The notes below the pieces were generated by a model that searched no databases, was not told where the DNA came from, and saw only the letters and a list, made by a program, of their open reading frames with translations. Source: Dictyostelium discoideum (taxonomy: Eukaryota). From it: a stretch of DNA of 64,000 nucleotides. The position numbers were made by a program, and so were the translations under genes. Below are positions 16,764-27,770 of this stretch, one piece after another. Each line of letters opens with the position of its first letter. Position 1 is the stretch's first letter. The DNA lies in the NCBI GenBank assembly GCA_000004695.1, contig CM000153.2, forward strand, positions 3,584,001-3,648,000, given 5' to 3'.

Positions 16764-18200
16764 TTATTGGCAATAGTATTTAAGTAAAGGTTTATCAAGT
16801 GGTAAAAATTTATAGTCATGGGCTGTCATTAAAAGTTTAAGACTTTCTGGTGCCATATCATGTGTAAATGGATTGATTGTTTCACCTATTACGATATGGT
16901 TGATTGAATTTGGAAAAAGATCTTTGGATAATGGAAATTTATAAACAAGAAGTTCAAAAAACTCTAGTTCACTTGGGATTGATTCTTTAGTAAGTTTTTG
17001 GTCAATATCCTCTATTTTTAAATGACTCAATGATTCAGGATATTTAAATTTTGGATCCAGTTTCACTTTTATTAGAGATAATGAAAATATTGATTTTGGT
17101 AATTGATCATTTCCAATAACTTGAGAAACATTGCAAAGTACCAATTTATGAATACCATCAGTTGGGAAAAAGCTTGAATCAAATGGAAAATCTAAATTTT
17201 TTAAAGTTAACTCTCTGATTGAGCAATTTGATTTTGGCAAGGAAGTTTTATTAAAAATATGAGATTTGATACCATTAACAGTTAAACATCTAACATTACA
17301 AAATATATCTGGAGTAAGTTTATGGTTATAACCTCTTTCAAAATATAAATGTTGAACACTGATAGATGGCATTATATCTTTAGTAACAGCAAAATCTACC
17401 TGGCCAAAAACCATTTCCCGCACTTGTAAACCATATGAAAAGGGTGAAATTTTATGAGAGTATCCATTAAAAAACCTAACCTTTTCACCAAAGAAAATAT
17501 CTGGTACTGGATGGACAATATTACCAATTCCAACCGATCTTTCATAGTTATCAATCATCCAAGCATTCAATTTATGTTTGTACCCCCATCCAATATTTAC
17601 ACGATAATCTGTTGGTAAATCTTTAAATAGTTCTTTTGTAATTGGTTTGGAAATGTTTAGAATATTTATATCATGCTTTAGAGTACAAAATCCAAGTGGT
17701 GGAAACAATTTACTAATAACATTGAATTTGTAACCCTCACAAAAATAAATGCCTTTTGGGGAAATTGGTGGGTAAATTTTAAAAGGAGGTCTTAAACTAT
17801 TTTCATCCAAGGTGAATTTTGTTTTTATTATTAACAAAGAATCCAAATTGTCTATTATACTTTCATTTGTAATTTGATGAGAATAATTACCATCAAACAA
17901 TAAAGTTTTTATTGTGCCTTTTTCTAATAATTCTTTATTCAAAGGATAACCCATATCACCACCAACACCCAATTGATAAACGAAAGGTTGAACTATTTCC
18001 TTTGTAACTTGATTTTTATAGCCATTGAAACCCATAAATTTAATAGTATTTGGTATACTTTCACTGGTTAGTGCATAGGTAATATTAAAAAATATAGCAC
18101 CAATAACTGAACTTGGAATCATTTCTTTTTTAATATAATGTGCATAACCATCCAAAAAATAAATAAATTTAACATTTTTGTGAAAATTTATTTCATTCAA
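16764..18200 (-). CDS. hypothetical protein, 478 aa, with repeated F-x-G-Y-x-H-K / P-x-S-I motifs reminiscent of Dictyostelium FNIP repeats
   Basis: Track ORF. About 20-25-aa repeats with recurring FNGYSHKI, FDGNYSHQI and ERGYNHKL. The frame stays open about 90 nt upstream of the first ATG without another ATG, so an upstream exon is possible. Confidence 0.4.
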   Translation of the reverse strand: MNEINFHKNVKFIYFLDGYAHYIKKEMIPSSVIGAIFFNITYALTSESIPNTIKFMGFNGYKNQVTKEIVQPFVYQLGVGGDMGYPLNKELLEKGTIKTLLFDGNYSHQITNESIIDNLDSLLIIKTKFTLDENSLRPPFKIYPPISPKGIYFCEGYKFNVISKLFPPLGFCTLKHDINILNISKPITKELFKDLPTDYRVNIGWGYKHKLNAWMIDNYERSVGIGNIVHPVPDIFFGEKVRFFNGYSHKISPFSYGLQVREMVFGQVDFAVTKDIMPSISVQHLYFERGYNHKLTPDIFCNVRCLTVNGIKSHIFNKTSLPKSNCSIRELTLKNLDFPFDSSFFPTDGIHKLVLCNVSQVIGNDQLPKSIFSLSLIKVKLDPKFKYPESLSHLKIEDIDQKLTKESIPSELEFFELLVYKFPLSKDLFPNSINHIVIGETINPFTHDMAPESLKLLMTAHDYKFLPLDKPLLKYYCQ

Positions 18201-18865
18201 ATTTGGACTTTCACTTGATAATGCAACTCTTTCAAATGATTGTGGAACAACACCACCTTTTGTTAAATAAATAAAATCATCTTTTTCTATTAATTTTTAA
18301 AAAAATTAATATTATTAATATTTAAATCAATTTTTTTCCAAAAAATAAAAATTTAAAAACAAATCAATACAAACCTAAAAACAATTTTTCAGGAATAAAA
18401 AAATTATTATTAATCAAACTCATTTTTGAAATTATTATTCAAATAAAATGGATTTAAATTAAAAAATTAATAACAAATAATATTTAATAAAAATTAATAA
18501 TAATAATAATAATAATAATAAAAATAATAATAAAAATAATAAAAAAAAAATAAAAAAAAAAAAAAAAATTAAATAATTATAAATCAAAATTTAATAATAT
18601 AATTATTAATGGGCAATATAGATGATCATATACTAAATGGTGAGCAATTTATGATGATAATGAATAACAGTTTCCCAATGAGTAAAAATTTTAACGAGAT
18701 TTGGGGTGGATAATTTTTGTGATGTGGGCCAATAATTAATCAAATAATTTCTCATAAAATTATTAAAAATTATTCCAAATTTATTTAATAAATTTTTACC
18801 ACACCACTTTTGTATTTTTTTTTTTGTTGAATAGAAAAAAAAAAAAAAACAAATTAATAATACTT

Positions 18866-19001
18866 TTTTTTTTTTTTATGTATCGAAATATATAAATACC
18901 AAAAAAAAAAACAGTCACCACATGTGTAATTTTTTTTTTTTTTTTTTTTTTTATGTATCGAAATATATAAATACCAAAATAAAAAAACAGTCACCACATG
19001 T
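18866..19001. repeat. direct duplication of an about 48-nt element (T-run + tatgtatcgaaatatataaataccaaaa[a/t]aaaaaaacagtcaccacatgt), period about 74 nt
   Basis: Two near-identical copies read directly from the sequence (18866-18926 and 18930-19001), in the divergent intergenic region between the gene at 16764..18200 and the gene at 19409..20797. Confidence 0.75.
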
Positions 19002-19408
19002 TGTTGTTGGGCAATTATTTTATTGATATTCAAATATTGAATTAAAAATTTATTATTGCAAATAGTTTTTTTCATCTTGATAACAGATTTGGAAACTACA
19101 AACACTCGAGTTCTTTTTTCAAATTGGGGAGAAAAGAGTAAAAAAATAAAAATAAAAAAAAAATAAAAATTAAATTAAATTTGGTGAAAGTTGTTTGTAC
19201 AATCGATTGTATATTGAGATGTAAAAGCACATTTGAATAAAAAAAAAAAATAAAAAAAATAAATAAAATTAATTATTTTAATTGTTTTTATTATATGCTT
19301 CTTATATTTTTTTTTGAGTATAAAAGAGTTTTCTTTTTTTTTATTTTTTTTTTATTTTATTTTTATTTATAGAATCAATAATAATAATAAATAAGTAAAA
19401 ATAAAAAA

Positions 19409-20797
19409 ATGAAATTAATAAATCTTGTAATTTATTTTTTTCTTTTTGGAATAGTATATTCTCAACCACCACAACCACACTATGGTGTATTTGAATTATC
19501 AGCATTACGTGGTGGAGAAAATAAACTTCTGTATAGGGGTGCCAATCTAAAAGCTTTTTCTCAAACACCAGCTAGACCAGGAGTGATTGTTACTTTTTTC
19601 AGATACAATGGAGGTATTGACATTTACTATTCCCATAGGATACAAATTGTTGCAAATCTTGAAGAGTCAGCGCGTGTAATGACCCAAACTCCAAATAATA
19701 TGGCTACTAGTGGTAGAATTGTTTCATATGCTTATCAAGAGATATCTACCCAGGTTTTCAATGGACTAAATGTTGGCAATTTGAATGCTCTAATCAATGG
19801 ACCCAATTTAGTAACACCAGCTGGGCCATTTATTCCACATGGAAGGTTGATTAATGTCCTTGCACTTTTGGCGAGATGGATTAGATTAAATTTTTCAACA
19901 AATATACAAATCATTGAATTCATTGATGATCATCCAAGTTTTCCAAAACCTTCTGAAAGCTATGATAGCAATGGTGGTGGCTCTGGAGTTTCCAATGATT
20001 TAGAACTTGCTTTTTACCAAAAGAATCCAAATGGTAACTATTATCTTGAGGAAAGAAAACATATTAATGAAGAATCTGACAATCCTGCAGGATTATTGGG
20101 ATTAGTTAGTGAAGGTATTAAAGAGGCTGCCAACGGTGTTAAAGTCACTGGTGTAAATATTTGGAATAAAGCCAAAAGTATTTTCAGCCATGGTAAAGAA
20201 GCTGCCAGTAGTAAAACAAGTGCTGCCGTTGTAAAAGTTGAAAATGAAGGTAAAGCAGTTGTCAAAGCTGGTGAATCCGTTGTAAGTACTGTGAAAAATG
20301 ATGGTAAGGCAGTTGTCAATGCTGGCGAATCTGTTGTAACCTCTGTGAAAAATGAAGGTAAGGCAGTTGTCAATGCTGGTGAATCCGTTGTAACCTCTGT
20401 AAAAAATAATGGTAAGGCAGTTGTCAATGCTGGTGAATCCGTTGTAACCTCTGTGAAAAATGAAGGTAAGGCAGTTGTCAATGCTGGTGGATCTGTTGTA
20501 ACCTCTGTAAAAAATAATGGTAAGGCAGTTGTCAATGCTGGTGAAACTGTTGTTCAAACTGTGAAAAAAGAAGCCTCAGTCATTGTGAAAACTGGTGAAA
20601 CTGTTATTGATTCCACAAGAAAAGGAGGCGCTGCATTTGTTTCTGAAGGTGGTGCTGCAATTGCTGATATTGAAAAAAATGGTGCACAATTTGCAAGAGG
20701 TGTTGTAGAAATGGGTGAAGCAGCTGGTGATGTTGTTGAAGAAATGGCTGAAGTCTCAGCTGGTAGGTTAATAGTTGAAGTTCTTGAAATTGTATAA
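19409..20797 (+). CDS. secreted protein, 462 aa: signal peptide, an unknown N-terminal domain of about 200 aa, then seven 18-aa tandem repeats (KAVVNAGESVVTSVKNEG) and an acidic tail
   Basis: Track ORF with a genuine ATG. The hydrophobic N-terminus MKLINLVIYFFLFGIVYSQ looks like a signal peptide. The 54-nt DNA repeats are nearly identical. Confidence 0.65.
   Translation: MKLINLVIYFFLFGIVYSQPPQPHYGVFELSALRGGENKLLYRGANLKAFSQTPARPGVIVTFFRYNGGIDIYYSHRIQIVANLEESARVMTQTPNNMATSGRIVSYAYQEISTQVFNGLNVGNLNALINGPNLVTPAGPFIPHGRLINVLALLARWIRLNFSTNIQIIEFIDDHPSFPKPSESYDSNGGGSGVSNDLELAFYQKNPNGNYYLEERKHINEESDNPAGLLGLVSEGIKEAANGVKVTGVNIWNKAKSIFSHGKEAASSKTSAAVVKVENEGKAVVKAGESVVSTVKNDGKAVVNAGESVVTSVKNEGKAVVNAGESVVTSVKNNGKAVVNAGESVVTSVKNEGKAVVNAGGSVVTSVKNNGKAVVNAGETVVQTVKKEASVIVKTGETVIDSTRKGGAAFVSEGGAAIADIEKNGAQFARGVVEMGEAAGDVVEEMAEVSAGRLIVEVLEIV
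20252..20565 (+). repeat. tandem 54-nt coding repeats (about 6 units, several more than 95% identical) within the secreted-protein gene
   Basis: The unit ggtaaggcagttgtcaatgctggtgaatccgttgtaacctctgtgaaaaatgaa is repeated head to tail. The antisense track ORFs 20041..20557 are artefacts of this repeat. Confidence 0.85.
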
Positions 20798-21126
20798 ATT
20801 TTTATTTATAAAAAAAAAAAAAAAAAAAAAAAAAAGTGTAAATAATAAAACTATATAAAAATTAAAAACCATTTTTTATAATTATAGTTTGATTTAATTA
20901 AATCAACTTGGTGGTTTAAGTATATTATAAAAATAGAAAAATTAAAATTATTTTTTTTTTTTTCCAAATCTTTTCATTTTCATTTTTTTTTTTTTTCATT
21001 TTTTTTTTTTTTTTTTTTTTTTTCAATTTTTATTTTATAATTAATTTCACCCACCAAACACTTCAACATATAATTATATATATATATAATATTTATTTAT
21101 AATTGTATATATATATAATAATAATA

Positions 21127-22231
21127 ATGATTAAATCAAGTGATCCATTAATTCCACCATTTAGATTTGCAATAGTTGAAGAAGGGTTATTAAGGGGATC
21201 ATATCCAACAGATAGAAATTTTCGATTTTTAAAGAGACTAAAGTTAAAGACGATTGTATCATTAACACCAAAGCCACCAACTAAATCATTTTATACATTT
21301 TGTGAAAGATATAATACCACCACGAAACATTTTACAGTTAGCAAATTTAAAGATGATGTGACATTATCAGCAGCACAAGTAGCACAATTATTGGAAATGA
21401 TGATCGAACCTAACAATTTACCAATGTATATTCATTGTTTAGATGGTGCAAATGTAACAGGTACAATATTTATGTGTTTAAGAAAACTTCAAAACTGGAA
21501 TCTTTCATCAATATTTCAAGAATTCACAAGATTCACTAGAGGTGGTACAATCGCATCTTCGGAGGCTGAATTTGTTGAAACTTTCAAGGCTGAAATCGAT
21601 GTTTGTCCACATATTCCACCTTGGTTATGGCAAGGTATTAGAATGGTTAAACATCCAACTTTAAAATTAAGATTAGTAGGTGGTGATCAACAACCTGCAC
21701 TTTTAGCTTTAAATAATAATTCCTCCTCTTCAACAACAAATCCCAATGCAACATCTACTATAACTAATCCTTCATCAATAAGTACATCATCTTTGCCAAG
21801 TTCTTCAACGAATACCCCAAATAGATCAACTGTTGATGATACTGGTAATTTATTACAAAAACTAATAGAATTAAATTTAAATAATCAAAATAGTAATGAA
21901 AGTGGTATGCAGCTTGAAAATAACGATGATAATAATAATAGTGATAATAATAATTATAATAATAATAGTAATAATAATAATAGTAATAATAATAATAGTA
22001 ATAATAATAGTGATACAATCGATTATAAAAATTTAAATAAACCATTAAAAATTAGTTCAGAAGAAAGCGAAAAAGAAAAGAATACAAATGAGTCATTCTC
22101 TTCAACAATATATACGGTATCATCAACTACAATAATTAATAATAACGATAATAATAAAAATATTGATAATAATGATGGTAATAATAGTAATGATAATGAT
22201 AATGATAATAGTAATAATAATAATAATAATG

Positions 22232-22324
<93 letters not shown>

Positions 22325-22965
22325 GTATCAATAATAATGATAGCAACGAACCAAATGATAATAATAATAATAATAACAATAATAATAATAACGATAATAA
22401 TAACGATAATAATAGTAACACAACACCTTTAATTTCATCAATAACCTCAACAAGTATTTTGAACGTCTCATCTACAACTGTACAACCAATATCACAACCA
22501 CAACCAATATCACAACCACCACAAACACAACCAATATCACAACCACAACCACAACCCCAACCCCAACCACAACAATCAAGTACGCCAAATATATCAAGTA
22601 TTTTAACACAAAGTCCAAAAGTAACATCATCACCTTTAAATTCAAGTATTATATTACCAAGTGGCAGTGGTAGTGGTGGTAGTAGTAGTAGTGGAAGTAG
22701 TATTAGTAAAGATAAAAAGAAAAAAGATGATATTAAACTTCAATTTGATTCTGGTAAATTTTTAACACAAAAGGAATCTAGATCCATTGAAGCCTTATCA
22801 CTTGAAAGAACTGTAAAAAATGTAACACCATCCAACTCCAATACTTCCACAACAACAACAACTACCACTACAACAACTACTACTTTTACTTCACAATCAC
22901 AAAATCAATCACCAAAAAATTCACACAGAGCAATCTCTTCATCACAAAATCCAAATTTAAATTAA
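21127..22965 (+). CDS. Tyr_phosphatase_2 (Oca/Siw14, plant-and-fungi atypical DSP) family protein, probably catalytically inactive, with a long polyN/S/T/PQ low-complexity C-terminal half, about 612 aa
   Basis: FAIVEEGLLRGSYPTDRNFRFLKRLKLKTIVSL and IHCLDGANVTGTIFMCLRKLQNWNLSSIFQEFTRF match the family consensus (IHCKRGKHRTG...LRKLQ.W.L.SIF.EY.RF). The CX5R arginine is replaced, giving C-LDGANV-T-G. The start is taken at ATG 21127, in frame with track ORF 21103. Confidence 0.6.
22234..22323 (+). repeat. (AAT)n coding microsatellite (polyN) within the phosphatase-like gene
   Basis: 30 consecutive aat units. Track ORFs 22023..22421 (minus) and 22163..22432 (plus) are artefacts of the repeat. Confidence 0.9.
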
Positions 22966-23267
22966 AAAAAAAAAAAAATAAAATAAAATAAAATAATAAA
23001 AAAAAAATAAAAATAATAGTAAAAGAAAAGAGAGTAATAATAGTAATTAATATCTATAGATATTTTTCTTTTTCTTTTTTTTTTTTTATCTGATTTAATT
23101 TCTTTGAATTTTATATTTTTTTAATTAATTTTTGTGTGGTTTTTGAAAAGATATTTTTTTTTTTTTTTATTTTTTTTTTTATTTTTTTTTTTTTCCAATT
23201 TTCAACCATAAAAAAACAGTGTGCCCCTTTCTCAATAAACACACAAACACATAAAAATAAAAATAAA

Positions 23268-24449
23268 ATGGATATTGATAATGAAAAATCAAATAAAACT
23301 TATAAATTATATAAACAAGTATTTAATAATAAATTTTTATCAAATTCAATTTATAGAAATGTTTATAAATTTAATCAACAAATTACAGATTGTTATTCAC
23401 ATGGAAGATCATTGTTTAAATATTGTGTAAACTATCAAGAAGCAACACTTGATTGGATAATTTCAAATAAAAAATATTCATTATTATTTGATAAAATTAA
23501 ATCAAATCATTGTTTTAATAAAACTGAATTATCATTTGACCATTTAATAATAGTGATTAAACAAATAATGAATCTTGAAAATGATTGTAGTGCTAATAAT
23601 AATAATAATAATAATAATAGTGGTGAAAATGATAAAGAAAATAAAGAAACTAATTTAGAATTATTAAAACAATTTTTTAAAATTAATTCAAATAATTTAT
23701 TTAATATTAAATTAAATCATCCAAATTTAACATATTATAGAGATATTAATTTAATAGAATTTGCAATACATACACAATGTATTGAATTTTTAAAATTAGT
23801 TTATTATTATTCAAAAGATAATAAAATAATTTTTAAAAATAATGGTGGTGATAATGATGATGATGATTATTTAGATTTATCATTAAAAATTGGAAATTTA
23901 GAAATAATTAAATTTATTCATAAAGAAATGGGGATAACATGTTTTAAGGATAAATTAAAGGCATTACATTTTTCATTAATGTCTGAAAATAGAAATAAAG
24001 TAGTTGAATATCTATTAGATGAAATTAAATATCAACCACCAACACTTTATTCAGGTATTTTTGATAAATTCTTTGAAAACCTAATTCAACTTGAATTTAA
24101 ATTATTTAAAAGATTATATCAACTTGGTTCACCAATTTTATATCATAGTTATGCTATACCATATCTAATCAATGAAAAATTCAATGATACTTTAAATGAT
24201 TCAAAAATTAATTTTAAAAATAAATTACTTGATTTCATTCAATGTTCAATTTTCGTTTGTAGTTTAGGTTATTTTAATGATAAATTTAATAAAAATATTG
24301 ATTATAATTCATTATTATTAAAAATTGAAAAAATATTAAATTCAAATAATTTAGAAACTACATCATCTTCTTCATCATCATCATCCAGTACTATATTTTC
24401 AAAATTTAAAAATATATTTATTGATTCAACAAATAATAATAATAATAAA

Positions 24450-24480
<31 letters not shown>

Positions 24481-25916
24481 AAATTGATTATTTTATTGAA
24501 AAAGAAATAAAAAGAATATTTATTTTTGAATTTTTAGTACCATTAGATTTTATAAAAAGGGATGTACTTTGTATGAAGGTTATTGATTTTGCAAGAGAAT
24601 ATGGTGAATATAATTTGTTAACAAGTTCATTAGATAAATTTAAAAATCAAACTTCAATAGTTGATATATGTACTTCAATTTTAAAGATTGCAAATTTTAA
24701 TTCTGATTCAAAATTAATAAATTTTCTTGAAAATAATTATTTCAATCATAAAGAATTAGTATCATTTTTAAAAATTAATGACAAAGTTGATGAAGATACA
24801 TCATTAGTTTATTATATAAGTAATATTAATAATTATTATAATTTTGATAATAATAATAATAATAATACAAACATTAATAATAATAATAATAATAAATTTG
24901 AAAATTTATTTGATACAAAAAAAATTAAAATTCAAGATCAAATTCAATATTTATCAATAATTTTAAAAAATTCAATAAATTCTTTAATACCAAATAGAGT
25001 ATTATTACAACATATTTTATTAAATAATGAAATTGGAATTGTTTTTGAAAATATTGAACAAATAATGAATGTAATAAGTGGATATAATTCAAAAATATGG
25101 AATGAATTTTCAGAAATTTCAAAAAAGAATTTAAAGAGTGATAATTTTGAAATAGTAACCCCACCACTTGATAGGCTATTTAGTGCAGTTTTATTTGTTG
25201 GGAATAAAGAATTGTTTAAATTCATTTTTAGGAAATATAAAGATTATTTTAAATGGGATTCTCAAATTATTGGTATAAAAGTAGTAAGAAGTAATGATTT
25301 AGATTTCATTCAATTCCTATTTGATAATGATATTGGTAATTTAAAATTTTCAATTAATTTTTGTACAAATAGGGTATCGATTAAATATATGACTGAAACA
25401 TTGGGTCTATATTTTAGTGAGGATTTATTGGTTTCAATTTGTGAGAATCAAAATATTAATAATTGGAATTCAAATTATATTTTCAATTATATTTTAAATT
25501 TTAAAATTAATAATTTAAATCATTATCAATATGTCGTTATTCCTCAAACTATGAAAAATTATAAATATTGTAAATCAATTGAAATTAATATATGCAATGG
25601 TAGTTTATTATCAGAGAGAGTTAAAATAATTAATAATTCTACTCATTTCAATAGAGATACTATGGAAAAATGGTTTTTTGAAAATACTAGAAATATTGCA
25701 AAAATTATTGCACTTGGTAATTATTATCATTTAGTTGATTTACTCAATGAAATTGAACAATATTCAAACTCTTTTGTAGGTTGTAACCCAAAGTATATTT
25801 TTAAAAGATCTTATAATATTGCTCATGTAGGAATTGAATATAACCCAAAAATAAAAAATATTATAAAATCAATTTTAGAATCTTTAAATCAAATTTCTAA
25901 CATTCAATCCTGGTAA
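23268..25916 (+). CDS. large lineage-specific protein, paralogue X1, about 882 aa
   Basis: ATG 23268 is in frame with track ORF 23136..25916. The N-terminus MDIDNEKSNKTYKLYKQVFNNKFLSNSIYRNVYKFN and the blocks CVNYQEATLDWIISNKKYSLLFDKIKSN and LDLSLKIGNLEIIKFIHKEMGI...ALHFSLMSENRNKVVEYLLDEIKY are about 50% identical to the gene at 35487..38099. Confidence 0.6.
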
Positions 25917-26115
25917 AATAATAATAATAATAAAAAAAAAAAAAAATCAATAAAACCTAAGGGGAGTCACATGGAAAATAAAAAAATAAAATTAAAAAAA
26001 AAAAAAAGAGGCAACAAACCCAACGCTGCATAAAATTTCTTTTCACCACTTTAATGCTGAAATTTTTACATCCAACCTTAATAAAACCAATAATATATAA
26101 AATGACCGCATTCTG

Positions 26116-26118
<3 letters not shown>

Positions 26119-26163
<45 letters not shown>
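26119..26163. repeat. poly(T) run of about 45 nt
   Basis: Homopolymer read directly, about 200 nt downstream of the X1 stop. Confidence 0.9.
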
Positions 26164-26164
<1 letters not shown>

Positions 26165-26325
26165 ATAAAAGAGGATAGAATTTTTAAATAATTATTATTT
26201 ATTAATTAATTTATTTATTTAATTTTGTTAATCAATAAAATTGATTTTTTTTTTTATCTTTTATCTGATTAAAGTTAAAAAAATAATAATTTAAAAATTT
26301 AAATCTATCCTCTTTTATCATTTTA
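26164..26325. repeat. 15-bp perfect inverted repeat pair (gataaaagaggatag ... ctatcctcttttatc) flanking an about 120-bp AT-only spacer
   Basis: Exact reverse-complement arms at 26164-26178 and 26308-26322, immediately after the T45 run. Confidence 0.6.
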
Positions 26326-26715
26326 CTGATTATAGGAAAATAATTTTATTTAAAAAAAAAAAATAATAGAATATTAAAAAAAAAAAAAAAATTATTATTT
26401 TTTTTGTCCCAGTATAATTTTTCATATGACAAATTGATTTCTTTTAAACTTTTTTTTTTTTTTCAAATAAAAGATTCGAACATGAAAATATTAAAATTAA
26501 TTTAAATTTAATTTTTATTTTTTTTTTTTTTTAATTTTTTTTTTTTTTTTTTTTTTTTTTTCATTTTATTTTAAAAGTTATAAATTAATTTATTAATTAA
26601 TAAAAAAAAAAAAAAAAAAAAAAAAAAAAGAAAAAGTAGCAATTGTATTGTATAGGCGTGTTACTTTAAATTTTATTTATTTATTTTATAATATTTTATT
26701 TTATTTTCCAACCCA

Positions 26716-26745
26716 CACGTAAACCCACCCACCCTTCATATTTTT
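26716..26745 (+). promoter_or_regulatory. C/A-rich element (CAE-like; complement of a G-box for G-box binding factor) about 250 nt upstream of the hipA-like ATG
   Basis: ccaacccacacgtaaacccacccaccc stands out in about 85% AT surroundings. Similar C-rich patches sit just upstream of the ATGs at 13715 (acacccaccaacc), 21127 (cacccaccaaacac), 43427 (aacccacactcacagtcatagca) and 38848 (cacacacat). Confidence 0.35.
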
Positions 26746-26988
26746 TTTAATTTTTTCTTTTATTTTTTCTTTGTTTTTTTTTTTTTTTTTTTGTTTTTTT
26801 TATTTTTATTGTTAATTTAATATTTATTTATAATATATTTATCTATTTATTTATTTTTTTTTTTTTAAAAAAAAAAAAAAACCACACACATATACATCAA
26901 ATAAACTATATAGGTTTAAACTTTTTATTTATTTGTATAATAATAAAATCATAATAATCATAATAATAATTAATATAATATATCAATA

Positions 26989-27146
26989 ATGACAGAGTTT
27001 GAAGCAATTGTCCATAAAGCTACAAACTCTAAAATTACAGCGCCAAAAAGAAAACATGTCAGATGTAAATATATATATTTATATATATATTTTTTTTTCT
27101 CAAAAATTTTGGTATAATCATTAAATAAAATTTACTAATAATAATA

Positions 27147-27178
<32 letters not shown>

Positions 27179-27728
27179 TAGCAATTGTTTTAGAATGTTA
27201 TAATGAAAATAGTGCAAGAACATTTTATATGGAATTATATAGAAGACCATTAGATACTAGTGATGTTGTTTGTTGGAAATCATTGATTACAATTCATAAG
27301 GTTGTACAAGAGGGACCAAAGAATGTATTAAGTGATACAATTAGTAGAGTTGGATGGTTTGAGAATTTGAGAGATCATTGGGCACGTTTTGATAATAGAG
27401 GATTTGGTAGATTGGTAGCAGACTATTGTACATTAATCATTGATAAAATACGTTTTCATCAAGCACATCCAGAATTTGATGGTGGATTATCCTTGGAGAA
27501 CTATAGCAAGAATCATAGACCCGAGTCAATTGAAGTTGACAAAGGTTTACAAACTGTAAATCGTTTAATGGATTTAACTGATGCTGTCTTTAGAATGCAT
27601 AATTCAATCGTATCAGCAACACCTTATAATGATTGTAAAACTTCTGCTTTCATTCCATTAGTTTTAGAATCTTATGCTATCTATATTTTAGTTGTACATT
27701 TTTTAACAAATTTAATTGATAGTAATGT

Positions 27729-27770
<42 letters not shown>

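Noticed and set aside
19735-20557. Three minus-strand ORFs of 62-164 aa
   Set aside because: They are antisense of the secreted-repeat gene. The periodic TTALPSFFTEVTTDSPAL pattern merely mirrors the 54-nt repeat.
21764-22432. PolyY, polyL and polyI ORFs on both strands
   Set aside because: They are readings of the (AAT)n and (AATAAT) arrays that encode polyN in the phosphatase-like gene.
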